Positions 20,532 through 30,051 of a stretch of DNA of 64,000 nucleotides are shown piece after piece; position 1 is the first letter of the stretch, and the number at the start of each line of letters is the position of its first letter. This DNA comes from a virus. Location: the IMG/VR virus record IMGVR_UViG_3300031519_004866; one strand, 5' to 3'. The position numbers were made by a program, and so were the translations under genes. The notes beneath the pieces are model-generated. The model was not told the DNA's origin. It did not search any database and was given only the letters and a program-made list of their open reading frames with translations.

Positions 20532-21888
20532 AGATAGAATAGAACAGTTTATACCTATTATGGACGCATTAAGTCCTACGTTTTGTATGGCTAAATGGCA
20601 CCACACAACTATATATTTAGGCACAGGTGAAACACACAGTTGTTATCATCCTGCTCCCCACAAGATCCCATTAGAAGAATTAAAAGATAATCCTAGTGCA
20701 TTACATAATACAAAACAAAAGAAATCCGAACGTCAAGCAATGATGAACGGTGAAAAGCCAAGTGGTTGTCAATACTGCTGGAATGTTGAATGTATGGGCA
20801 AAGACTATATTAGTGACCGTAAAGAACGTAATGCAAGTATCTATACACCAGAACGTTTTGATGCTATTAAAGAAGATCCTATGGCAAACGTTAATCCGCA
20901 ATATGTAGAAGTTAGTTTTGGTAATGAGTGTAATTTTAAATGCGGTTATTGCCATCCTAAGCATAGTAGTGCATATTATAAAGAGATTGAACAAAATGGT
21001 CCTTACAGCATGGTTAAGAATCATAGGAATGATATTGATTGGTTTGAAATACACAAAGACGAAGAAACCAATCCTTATGTAAAAGCATGGTGGGAATGGT
21101 GGCCTGAACTACGTAAGACATTAACTATTTTGCGTATTACTGGAGGCGAGCCTTTACTACAGCAAAGCACATGGCGTATGTTTGACGAGTTAGAAAAGAA
21201 CCCATGTCCTAATTTAGAACTTAATATTAACACTAACTTAGGTGTTAAGCCAATTCTTATTGAACGTTTTACTGATAAAGTAAACAGTCTAGTAAGCAAA
21301 GGCTGTATTAAAGACTTTAAAATATTTACAAGTATGGACACTTGGGGTAAACAAGCAGAGTATATTAGAACAGGACTAGACTTGGAGTTATGGGAAAAGA
21401 ACCTAGACACCTACATGACTAAGACTAATATGCCATTAACATTTATGATTACATTTAACATACTAACAGTAACTAATTTTAGCAAACTGTTAGAAAAGAT
21501 TCTAGAATGGCGTGTAAAGTATAACAGTGATGATCAAACTAAATGGCAGCGTATTAGATTCGACTCACCATATTTAAAAGAGCCGTTGCAGTACGACATG
21601 AATATTTTACCTAAAGACAAATTTATGCCTTACATGAAACAGCACTTACAGTATATTGTTGATCACCAAGATGATAAAGATAGACACAAGTTTAGTGAAT
21701 TAGAATATGAAAAATTTCGTCGTGTTGTTGACTATATGGAAAGTACACATTATACTGTTGAAAAATTGACAGAAGGCCGCAGAGATTTTTATCAATGGTT
21801 TACTGAATACGATCGTAGACGTAATGTAAACTTTGTAGAAACATTCCCGGAGTTAGAGGAGTTTTACTTTGACTGCGCCGGTGTCTAA
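20521..21888 (+). CDS. Radical SAM protein with N-terminal Cys-rich (twitch/SPASM-like) domain
   Basis: CNFKCGYC (CxxxCxxC) and ITGGEP; N-terminal Cys in FCMAKW, HSCYH, CQYC. Confidence 0.85.
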   Translation: MQDKDRIEQFIPIMDALSPTFCMAKWHHTTIYLGTGETHSCYHPAPHKIPLEELKDNPSALHNTKQKKSERQAMMNGEKPSGCQYCWNVECMGKDYISDRKERNASIYTPERFDAIKEDPMANVNPQYVEVSFGNECNFKCGYCHPKHSSAYYKEIEQNGPYSMVKNHRNDIDWFEIHKDEETNPYVKAWWEWWPELRKTLTILRITGGEPLLQQSTWRMFDELEKNPCPNLELNINTNLGVKPILIERFTDKVNSLVSKGCIKDFKIFTSMDTWGKQAEYIRTGLDLELWEKNLDTYMTKTNMPLTFMITFNILTVTNFSKLLEKILEWRVKYNSDDQTKWQRIRFDSPYLKEPLQYDMNILPKDKFMPYMKQHLQYIVDHQDDKDRHKFSELEYEKFRRVVDYMESTHYTVEKLTEGRRDFYQWFTEYDRRRNVNFVETFPELEEFYFDCAGV

Positions 21889-23047
21889 AACATTTTGCAT
21901 ATTGCCTTGGGTACATGTGTATGCCAACCCTGATGGTAACGTGTTACCTTGCTGTGTAGGCGATTATCGATTGCCGATGGGCAATATTCAAAACTCTACA
22001 TTAGAACAAACGTTTAATAACGATAAGTTTAAGACTATGCGTAAGAACATGCTGCAAGGAAAAAGTTGCAAAGAGTGTTCGGCATGTTATCGTGACGAAG
22101 CTGACAACAATGATAGTTTTAGAAAATCATCAAATTTACAATTTAAAAAATATATTCCTAATGCACTAACCAACACAAATGATGACGGATCACTTGATGA
22201 TTATAAATTAAGGTATTTAGACATTAGATGGAGTAACATCTGTAATTACAAATGTCGTTCATGCAGCGGCACATATTCATCTAGTTGGGCAAAAGAAGAA
22301 GGTAAGAAAAATGTGTTTACCTTTGCAGGCGGAACTTCTAATGACAATCTATACAATCAGTTTTTGCCACACTTTGATACTATAGAAGAATTTTATTTTG
22401 CAGGTGGCGAACCGTTACTAACAGATAAACATTATGACATTTTAGAATATCTTATTAAGCATAACAGAACTGATGTAAAGCTACGTTACAACACTAATGT
22501 TTCTGTATTAAAGTATAAAAATAAAAATATATTAGATTTGTGGAAACAGTTTAGTAATGTTTATATTGGTGCAAGTTTAGATCATTACGGTAGTCGTGCT
22601 GAATATATTAGAAACGGTACTGATTGGAAAAATGTAGAAACTAATATGAGAAAGATACGTACTGAAACTCCGCATATTAGTTTACAAACTAACACAGTAG
22701 TATCGTTGTTTAATGTTTCTACACTACCAGAATTTATGCATTACCTTATTGATAACGAACTTGTTAATGATGATTATGATCCGCACTTTTATAATATTTT
22801 ACATCCTGACTTTTATAGCTTTGATGTATTACCAGAAGAATTTAAAAAACAAACTGTAGAAAAATTATTAGAGTTTAACAACGAACAGAAAAATGTAAAC
22901 TTGCAACCTGTAATTAACGGGTTAACATCTGCTACATACAAACCAAACCTTGTAAGTACGTTTTTACAAAAAACAGAACACTATGATATAATAAGAAATG
23001 AAAATTTTAATAAAACATTTCCAGAACTAGTAGGATTATTTCAATGA
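21869..23047 (+). CDS. Radical SAM protein with N-terminal Cys-rich domain (paralogue)
   Basis: CNYKCRSC and FAGGEP; N-terminal FCILPW, PCC, CSAC; TTG start with GAGGA RBS. Confidence 0.85.
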   Translation: MTAPVSKTFCILPWVHVYANPDGNVLPCCVGDYRLPMGNIQNSTLEQTFNNDKFKTMRKNMLQGKSCKECSACYRDEADNNDSFRKSSNLQFKKYIPNALTNTNDDGSLDDYKLRYLDIRWSNICNYKCRSCSGTYSSSWAKEEGKKNVFTFAGGTSNDNLYNQFLPHFDTIEEFYFAGGEPLLTDKHYDILEYLIKHNRTDVKLRYNTNVSVLKYKNKNILDLWKQFSNVYIGASLDHYGSRAEYIRNGTDWKNVETNMRKIRTETPHISLQTNTVVSLFNVSTLPEFMHYLIDNELVNDDYDPHFYNILHPDFYSFDVLPEEFKKQTVEKLLEFNNEQKNVNLQPVINGLTSATYKPNLVSTFLQKTEHYDIIRNENFNKTFPELVGLFQ

Positions 23048-24285
23048 TGCATTTTTACTTTGATACTCTTGACGAAGAAACTTCAAATTTAGATTATCTA
23101 TCAACTACTCCTAAAACAGATTTTTACTTAACGTCTAACGGTACAGTTATTAAACAGACTTTGCGTAAAATGAAAAGACCTGTTTCAGAATTAGTTAATT
23201 GCGAACACACCCCTGGCATATATTATATTGACGTTAATGGTGATCCTTGTTGGTGGACTGGGTTGTCAAGTGTGCATAACGGCCCAACTGATATTTTTAC
23301 TAACTTACCTGAACATATAGTTGATTATGTTAAGAGAGGCAAACTTAGACTAGTAATAGGTGCTGATAAAGAAGGCGGTCCGTTTCAGCATAAAGCACTC
23401 GGTGACGGGTTTGCTGCAATTACTAAATCAGCAATCGCAAGGGGATTGCCGCCACTGTCAGTCTATATTATGCAAGGTAGTCAGCTAGTAGTACAGCACT
23501 ACGAAGAATGGTTAGAAACTAGTGGAAGTGTGAGAATGTTTGAAGTAGCATATTCTAATCACTTTTTAAAAATATTCTTAGACGGAAATTTACCTTATAA
23601 GCCTCTAATCCAAGCTGCTATGTATGTAGACAATGCTAAATCGTTTAACAGTCTTAATAGAGTGCATAGACCTCACAGAGCTGCACATGTAACAGACTTA
23701 GGAATTAAAGGCCTACTTGACGAAGGTATTGTAAGTTGCAACGAAGTAAAAGAAGGCGAGGATCTAAGAGCTGAAGAATTAATAGGCAAAGAAAACTACG
23801 CAAGACATCATGAGTTTACTCCTAGGTTTATAGACGGAGACTGGAGCACAAACAATGCAGCAAACTCGTATAACGCAACAGTATATTCTGATACACTGTT
23901 AACAGTAGTAACTGAAACAATTTATTTTGATAATAGCGTATTTTTAACTGAAAAATTATTCAAACCTATTACAATGGGACATCCGTTTATAGTTCTTGGA
24001 TCTAGAGGAACACTTGCAGGATTGCGATCTTTAGGGTTTAGAACAGATTTTAATTTGTTTAGTAAGCCCTATGATTTAATAGTTGACCCGATTGAGCGAT
24101 TTCGTACTGTACAACAAAATTTAATTGAATGGATTGGTCTTAGTAAACAAACAAAAGTAAACAGATTGCTAAAAGCATTTCCTGCTGTTCAACACAACTT
24201 TACCCATGCAAGAATGAAAGACTTTTATACAGATGCTATTGTAGCTTGTACTGATTCAGCGGAGAAATACTTTGAAAAACTTTAG
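23044..24285 (+). CDS. Putative glycosyltransferase-like protein (GT10/fucosyltransferase-like C-terminal motif)
   Basis: VVTETIYFDNSVFLTEKLFKPITMGHPFIVLG resembles the GT10 ENS...Y(I/V)TEK nucleotide-sugar motif; paralogue of 25048..26193. Confidence 0.45.
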   Translation: MMHFYFDTLDEETSNLDYLSTTPKTDFYLTSNGTVIKQTLRKMKRPVSELVNCEHTPGIYYIDVNGDPCWWTGLSSVHNGPTDIFTNLPEHIVDYVKRGKLRLVIGADKEGGPFQHKALGDGFAAITKSAIARGLPPLSVYIMQGSQLVVQHYEEWLETSGSVRMFEVAYSNHFLKIFLDGNLPYKPLIQAAMYVDNAKSFNSLNRVHRPHRAAHVTDLGIKGLLDEGIVSCNEVKEGEDLRAEELIGKENYARHHEFTPRFIDGDWSTNNAANSYNATVYSDTLLTVVTETIYFDNSVFLTEKLFKPITMGHPFIVLGSRGTLAGLRSLGFRTDFNLFSKPYDLIVDPIERFRTVQQNLIEWIGLSKQTKVNRLLKAFPAVQHNFTHARMKDFYTDAIVACTDSAEKYFEKL

Positions 24286-25048
24286 TGATTATAAACGTTG
24301 CTTTACATTTGGGTGTAGCATAACTAGATATAGATGGCCAACTTGGTCAGATATAATTAAACAAGAAATTCCTTCTACTTATAATTTTGCACAAAGCGGC
24401 GCAGGCAATTTGTTTATTGCTAATAGTATAACTGAAGCAAATTTACGTTATGAATTTAATAAAGATGATCTTGTAATTGTAATGTGGAGTTCAATATCAA
24501 GAGAAGATAGGTACCTTGACAATACTTGGATAACTCCTGGTAACATTACATCTCAAAATTTTTATAGTGCCGAGTGGGTTGACAAATGGTATGATGCTAG
24601 ATTTTATTTACTACGAGATCTTGCATTAATTGAATCTACTAGACAAGCTATGAAAGCTATTAATACAAATTTTCATATGTGGACTATGACAAAATTACCT
24701 ATAGTTCCTGCAGATCAATATAAGCAATCAAAGCCAGACACTGACATTCAAGAACTATATAAACACACTATTGCTGATTTAAAGCCTAGTATAGTTGATA
24801 CTATCTATCATGGCCAATGGCCAGTAACTCCAATTAAAGGACACGGAAAACATAGTCAGACTGCTGACTATCATCCTACACCTAAAGGACATGTAAAATA
24901 CATAGAAAAAATGCTACCTACTCATCGTGTTACTTCTAACATGACAGAATATGCACATCAATCTGAAATGAAAGTGCGTGAAGCAAAATCTTTTAAAGAC
25001 TTAGAAACTTGGTGGAATGAACACAATAACAAGCAAAGTAGATTATAA
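24272..25048 (+). CDS. SGNH/GDSL-fold hydrolase or acyltransferase-like protein
   Basis: Block I FGCS, block II SGAGN, block V DYHP. Confidence 0.6.
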   Translation: MKNFSDYKRCFTFGCSITRYRWPTWSDIIKQEIPSTYNFAQSGAGNLFIANSITEANLRYEFNKDDLVIVMWSSISREDRYLDNTWITPGNITSQNFYSAEWVDKWYDARFYLLRDLALIESTRQAMKAINTNFHMWTMTKLPIVPADQYKQSKPDTDIQELYKHTIADLKPSIVDTIYHGQWPVTPIKGHGKHSQTADYHPTPKGHVKYIEKMLPTHRVTSNMTEYAHQSEMKVREAKSFKDLETWWNEHNNKQSRL

Positions 25049-26193
25049 TGGCCTGTTTAAATTCTAAAGATTTATTTTATCTACAAACATACAATTCAAA
25101 TAATCCTAATAAGATTCCGATGGATAGTAATCCTGCTGAAAATGCAAAACTAAAACTTAACTTAGATTACGTGTATATACAATTTTCTGGCCCAAACAGT
25201 TTTGAATGTTATCCGTTAGATACTATTTTAGATCAACACACTATTCATGAATTGCAGATTAACAATATATATTTGGTGTTAGATAACTCGTTAGAATACT
25301 TCTACGAAAGTGTAGATGCAATATACAAACACATAGTTAATAAGTACAACATTCCAGCAAGTCAAGTTGTATTCTTGTCAGGTGTGCCAACTATGTTACG
25401 CTATACACTAAGCTATTGTAAAAAGAATAATGCTGAACAAATTAAAATTATGTGGTATAGCTTGTTTGAAACAACCGGTAAAGATACTATACGACAACGA
25501 AACGCTCTACCAACGTTAGAAAAGAAACGTAAGTATACTAAAAAGTTTCTTAATTTAAATAGAAGATGGAGATTGCATCGTCCTTTATTAGTTACAATGC
25601 TATATGATAGAGGATTATTAGATGAAGGGTATGTTAGCCTAGCACCATCAGATGATCGTAGAGAGTGGAAACAAATATGGAATTGGTTAAGTAAAAAACA
25701 TTATGGCCACAAAGAAATTACTAAGATATTAAAAAGATCTGAAGGAGTGCAGCAGTTGCCTCCTATGTATCTTGATGAGAAAGATTTAGTTACTAATAGA
25801 GCAGAACACCAACCTTCAATTGAATCTTACTATCAAGAAACATTTTTTAGTGTAGTTAGTGAAACTACATTTTATGAAAACGTGCCATTTCTAAGCGAAA
25901 AAATATTTAAAACTATTGCTATGGGTCATCCGTTTATACTTGTAGGTTCACCAAATACGTTACAGTATCTTAAAAAATTAGGATATAAAACGTTTGCTCC
26001 GCACATTAACGAGCATTACGATTCGATAGAAGATCATGGTGATAGAGCTATTGCTATTGTAGATGAAATTGAACGGATATGCAAATTAAATAAAACTGAA
26101 TGGCGAGAATGGATGTCCAAAGTACGCCCAATTGCAGAGCATAATTACAAGGTATTATACCGTAGACAACAGCTTATAAAGCCTATGAATTAG
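25048..26193 (+). CDS. Putative glycosyltransferase-like protein (GT10-like), paralogue of 23044..24285
   Basis: FLNLNRRWRLHR and VVSETTFYENVPFLSEKIFKTIAMGHPFILVG. Confidence 0.45.
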   Translation: MACLNSKDLFYLQTYNSNNPNKIPMDSNPAENAKLKLNLDYVYIQFSGPNSFECYPLDTILDQHTIHELQINNIYLVLDNSLEYFYESVDAIYKHIVNKYNIPASQVVFLSGVPTMLRYTLSYCKKNNAEQIKIMWYSLFETTGKDTIRQRNALPTLEKKRKYTKKFLNLNRRWRLHRPLLVTMLYDRGLLDEGYVSLAPSDDRREWKQIWNWLSKKHYGHKEITKILKRSEGVQQLPPMYLDEKDLVTNRAEHQPSIESYYQETFFSVVSETTFYENVPFLSEKIFKTIAMGHPFILVGSPNTLQYLKKLGYKTFAPHINEHYDSIEDHGDRAIAIVDEIERICKLNKTEWREWMSKVRPIAEHNYKVLYRRQQLIKPMN

Positions 26194-26301
26194 GTGCCTA
26201 AGACGTATTTTAAGCGTCATACAGCGTGTTTAACATGTACTACTAACACTTAACGCTCTCTGCTTAAAACCAGGCTTAAACGGTCTTTTAAGTATATTTT
26301 G

Positions 26302-26307
26302 TAAATA
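26302..26307 (+). promoter_or_regulatory. T4-late-like promoter (TAAATA)
   Basis: GTAAATATA 30 nt before ATG 26337. Confidence 0.45.
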
Positions 26308-26336
26308 TATACAGTTATTTGAAAAGGAAAAATGTA

Positions 26337-27515
26337 ATGAAAATTGGATTCATAGGACTAGGCAAATTGGGGTTACCATGCGCTGAAGCTATTGCTCAAA
26401 AAGGACATAACGTTTCTGGATATGATACTAGAGAAGTTACAAGTAATTTAGTAACAGTACATTCGTCAATATCAACAATGGTTAAAGATCGAGATATTGT
26501 TTTTGTAGCAGTACCTACACCTCATGATCCTTCATATGATGGTAGAGCACCAACAGCACATTTAGAACCTAAAGATTTTAGTTATGACATTGTAATAGAT
26601 GTACTAAAAGAAGCAAACGCTAATATGAGCAAAGACCAATTACTAGTCCTTATTAGCACAGTACTACCAGGAACAACAAGAGAAGAATTTGTACCTTTAA
26701 TACATAACACACGGTTTGTATACAACCCATACTTAATTGCAATGGGTACTGTTGCACACGACATGGTCAATCCAGAGATGGTAATGATTGGTACAGAAGA
26801 TGGTAGTGAAACCGGTGATGCCAAACAACTTGTAGACTTCTATAAAACAATTATGGAAAACAATCCAAGATACGAAATTGGCACCTGGGATGAATGCGAG
26901 TGTATCAAAGTTTTTTATAATACATTTATTAGCACGAAACTTGGACTTGTTAATATGATTCAAGATGTTGCTGAAAAGCAAGGACACATTAATGTAGATG
27001 TTGTTACAGATGCGTTAGCTAACAGTACACAACGTATTATGGGACCTAGTTATATGAAAGCAGGACTAGGCGATGGCGGTGGATGTCATCCACGTGACAA
27101 TATTGCACTGCGCTACATGGCAGACAAATTAGATTTGGGCTATGATATTTTTGATGCTATTATGAATGCTAGAGAAATACAAGCAAAGAATATGGCACAG
27201 GTATTAATTGACAACGCTACGCAGTACGATCTTCCTATCTTACTTAACGGTATTGCTTATAAGCCTGGAGTTCCGTATGTTGATGGCAGTTATGCACTAC
27301 TAGTAGGACATTATTGTAACGAAGCAGGATTTCCGCCAATTCAAATTGATCCGTTAGCATTTGAACCAAACAATAGAACATACAGTGCTGTTGTTCTTAT
27401 GTCTCATCCTGAGCTGTATGTATCGTTAAATGACGATAGTGTTGTAGTTGATCCGTGGAGAGAATACAAATCTAACAGACATAAAGTAATTCATTACGGT
27501 AATACTAGAACATAA
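26337..27515 (+). CDS. ugd: UDP-glucose/GDP-mannose dehydrogenase family protein
   Basis: Rossmann IGFIGLGKLG, FVAVPTP, STVLPGTT, YNP, KVFYNTF and catalytic GGGCHPRD. Confidence 0.9.
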   Translation: MKIGFIGLGKLGLPCAEAIAQKGHNVSGYDTREVTSNLVTVHSSISTMVKDRDIVFVAVPTPHDPSYDGRAPTAHLEPKDFSYDIVIDVLKEANANMSKDQLLVLISTVLPGTTREEFVPLIHNTRFVYNPYLIAMGTVAHDMVNPEMVMIGTEDGSETGDAKQLVDFYKTIMENNPRYEIGTWDECECIKVFYNTFISTKLGLVNMIQDVAEKQGHINVDVVTDALANSTQRIMGPSYMKAGLGDGGGCHPRDNIALRYMADKLDLGYDIFDAIMNAREIQAKNMAQVLIDNATQYDLPILLNGIAYKPGVPYVDGSYALLVGHYCNEAGFPPIQIDPLAFEPNNRTYSAVVLMSHPELYVSLNDDSVVVDPWREYKSNRHKVIHYGNTRT

Positions 27516-27545
27516 AAAAAAAGCTAGTATTTCTACTAGCTCTTT
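27514..27545 (-). terminator. Intrinsic terminator between convergent operons (possibly bidirectional)
   Basis: On the minus strand, stem GCTAGTA-GAAA-TACTAGC followed by T9. Confidence 0.85.
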
Positions 27546-27556
27546 AATTTGAGAAA

Positions 27557-27865
27557 CTACAATAGTTTATTTGTTCGATCTTGAATCTCTTTCTTAAGAA
27601 GATCTATATTAATTTTAAAATCTACCTTCTTTATAGAATCTTTATATTCATTCATTGTTTGTAGCAATTTTTTTGCTACAGAATCTGGGTCATCTTGAAC
27701 AAGATGTTCTTTGATGTTAATCTCCCAAATCCTTCCATCATTAAATTCTAATAGCATTGCATCCAAATACGCAACGGGCATAGTATTCATATAGAGGTCG
27801 TCGAACACTTCTGGCCATTCCTTGACCAGATGCTTCGGTGGACGAAAGTACTGTTTGCTAGACAC
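27557..27865 (-). CDS. Hypothetical protein
   Basis: 102-aa ORF in the minus-strand operon. Confidence 0.7.
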   Translation of the reverse strand: MSSKQYFRPPKHLVKEWPEVFDDLYMNTMPVAYLDAMLLEFNDGRIWEINIKEHLVQDDPDSVAKKLLQTMNEYKDSIKKVDFKINIDLLKKEIQDRTNKLL

Positions 27866-28496
27866 TCTCAGACACTTTAGTTGCCGTCTTAGCTTTACGC
27901 TTAGTTGGAACTAGGTCTTCTGCTTGGCGTCTTAATTCAGCAGCTTCTTTGCTGAGTCTATCAGCTTGTGATCTAAATGACTTAGCAAGATCATCATCAC
28001 TCAATACACCGTTATCTGATGCTTGTGTAACTGGAGCAGCTTCTGCAATTGGAGCAGCTTTCTTAGGCTCTAGACTATTGTCTCTTTGAGCTTTTGGAGC
28101 ACCGCTTACAAATGTATGCAAGTCGTCAATAGCACAATTTTTTTGTTCAGCAATAAATCCATTTAATTCATTTAATTGAATTGCTTGAACAGACGTTGGT
28201 GTCATAGTAACGTTCGCTGTTGGAACTTTCTTAAGACGATTGTCTGCCTGCATTGCTTGAAGCATAGGACGTCCGTCTGGGAAAGAGTTTCTAAACATAA
28301 ACTCACCTAGTTCAAACGCTTCTTGTGCTTGTTCTGTTTCGATAAGCTTCATTAAGCTATCGTGATAGTTATCAGGTAGTGTTGCTGTTTGCAATACTAG
28401 TGCGTTATCTGATTCTCCTGGAAGAGTTCTAAATACAACAGCAACGTGGTCACCGGTATTAGTCATCTTTCCAACATGTTTAATATTTCTAGCCAT
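27858..28496 (-). CDS. Hypothetical protein with C-terminal coiled coil
   Basis: Start ATG 28496 (MARNIKHVG) with AGGAG RBS. Confidence 0.75.
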   Translation of the reverse strand: MARNIKHVGKMTNTGDHVAVVFRTLPGESDNALVLQTATLPDNYHDSLMKLIETEQAQEAFELGEFMFRNSFPDGRPMLQAMQADNRLKKVPTANVTMTPTSVQAIQLNELNGFIAEQKNCAIDDLHTFVSGAPKAQRDNSLEPKKAAPIAEAAPVTQASDNGVLSDDDLAKSFRSQADRLSKEAAELRRQAEDLVPTKRKAKTATKVSESV

Positions 28497-28758
28497 TATC
28501 TGCTTCTCCTTGATCTTTCTGTTGTTGTGAAACAACGTGATCTAAAAACGTTGACAATTTATTAAATGCTTTACCTACTGCTTCAAGTTCTGCAGCTTTA
28601 AAAGCACCTCGTTGTGTTGCAACTTCAATAATGCTTTTTACAGCAGTTAAGTCACTAATGTTTAAGTCAGGTGCTGCTGGAGCATCTGCTTGGGGAGTAG
28701 GAACAGGACCACCAACTGGTGCTTCTGTAGCTACTGGGTCTTTTGTTTCTTCAGCCAT
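28489..28758 (-). CDS. Hypothetical protein
   Basis: 89 aa with AAGGAG RBS; LNISDL...RGAFKAAEL pattern. Confidence 0.75.
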   Translation of the reverse strand: MAEETKDPVATEAPVGGPVPTPQADAPAAPDLNISDLTAVKSIIEVATQRGAFKAAELEAVGKAFNKLSTFLDHVVSQQQKDQGEADNG

Positions 28759-28759
28759 T

Positions 28760-29029
28760 CTAGTTTCTCCTTAAGTATGGACAAGCTAACATAAAATACG
28801 TTAACTCTTTTTCTTCTTCAAACCCTACAAATGTAGATGTTTTGAATTGGTTACTACTAACGTTAGGGTATGCATTAATGCTAAACCTTCCGATAGTTTT
28901 TTCTTTGATCCAATCAATAATTTGATAATCATATCTTTCATTATCAGATATCTTCATGGTAGAAAAGTGCGGAGGCATGCTCTTTACTTCTCTAGATCTT
29001 AGTACGTCTAATGGATTAAGTTCAATCAT
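28760..29029 (-). CDS. Hypothetical protein
   Basis: 89-aa ORF directly after a perfect TATAAATA. Confidence 0.7.
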   Translation of the reverse strand: MIELNPLDVLRSREVKSMPPHFSTMKISDNERYDYQIIDWIKEKTIGRFSINAYPNVSSNQFKTSTFVGFEEEKELTYFMLACPYLRRN

Positions 29030-29036
29030 TGTATAA

Positions 29037-29044
29037 TATTTATA
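29037..29044 (-). promoter_or_regulatory. T4 late promoter consensus TATAAATA
   Basis: Exact TATAAATA on the minus strand, 8 nt before ATG 29029. Confidence 0.7.
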
Positions 29045-29064
29045 ATATGCTCAGTTAATGGGAG

Positions 29065-29469
29065 TTAATCTTGGTTCTTAGTTTCTTCAGTAATTCTTTT
29101 AGCTAATGCTTTGTTATAGCCCATTTTACTTATATCGCCACTAAACAGATATAATTCAAACGCTGACTTCTCTTTAAGCACACTAATAGACGTCTTAGTT
29201 ATATAATACGGCGATTCGATAAAATTGTCAAGCCATAAAAGTACTTGTGGTGTAATTTTAAACTGTTTTGGAAATTTTACTTGATATGTTTTAATCTGTG
29301 CAACATCATGTATAAATGTAACAGCATCATCTGTTAATCTTAAACCACCATTGGATTTACTTCTTACATTCCACCACCATTGAGGTTTCTTTTCTTTGAT
29401 GTCTTCTGTTCCCGCTGACAACCCTGCTGCTTTTAAAAAAACCCTAGTGTAATTGTCTTTGTGATCCAT
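29065..29469 (-). CDS. Hypothetical protein
   Basis: 134-aa ORF. Confidence 0.7.
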   Translation of the reverse strand: MDHKDNYTRVFLKAAGLSAGTEDIKEKKPQWWWNVRSKSNGGLRLTDDAVTFIHDVAQIKTYQVKFPKQFKITPQVLLWLDNFIESPYYITKTSISVLKEKSAFELYLFSGDISKMGYNKALAKRITEETKNQD

Positions 29470-29473
29470 ACCA

Positions 29474-29758
29474 TTACTCTTCCACCGCTCCAGAAGTTAG
29501 TGTGTAGACTTTAAATTCAGTAGTATTAAACATTGAGTTTAATTTCTTTGCTAAGTTTCTAGCATGTCCAGGATTAGAAAAAGACACCTTTTTATATTTA
29601 GGTCCCGGGTAACTAGACACCATACTTCCGCTTTTTAAGTTAAACGGTTTTCCTTTATAGAAGACCGCCCAAATTGCTTCGCTCTCTAAGATTTGTTCTG
29701 CTTTATATGTTTCTCGATTGATATGTTCGAGAATAACATTTGGTTTTGGCCTGCTCAT
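29474..29758 (-). CDS. Hypothetical protein
   Basis: 94-aa ORF with AAGGG RBS. Confidence 0.7.
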   Translation of the reverse strand: MSRPKPNVILEHINRETYKAEQILESEAIWAVFYKGKPFNLKSGSMVSSYPGPKYKKVSFSNPGHARNLAKKLNSMFNTTEFKVYTLTSGAVEE

Positions 29759-29789
29759 ATACGTAACCCTTTTTAATTAACTACGTATA

Positions 29790-29796
29790 TATTTAT
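29790..29796 (-). promoter_or_regulatory. T4-late-like promoter (ATAAATA)
   Basis: GGATAAATAT in the intergenic gap upstream of 29758. Confidence 0.55.
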
Positions 29797-29802
29797 CCTT
29801 TT

Positions 29803-30051
29803 TTAGAACTGTCCGCCTTCAAACTTTACGTCTACTTGCTCACTATTTTGTCTAATCTGCTTTAATTGTTCGTTAATGTCTGTAACAACCACGCCTAGCT
29901 TAGCCGTAAACAACGATAATTCAAGTGTCAATGCTCTTGCTTCAGCAATAGTAATTCTTACTTCTTTTTGATGAGTTTGCTCTGCAACAGCAATACGTTG
30001 TAGCACCTTCTCTATGCTGGGAAGCGATTGAGGAAGGTTACTTGTTGACAT
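29803..30051 (-). CDS. Hypothetical protein (coiled coil)
   Basis: 82-aa ORF overlapping the upstream gene. Confidence 0.65.
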   Translation of the reverse strand: MSTSNLPQSLPSIEKVLQRIAVAEQTHQKEVRITIAEARALTLELSLFTAKLGVVVTDINEQLKQIRQNSEQVDVKFEGGQF

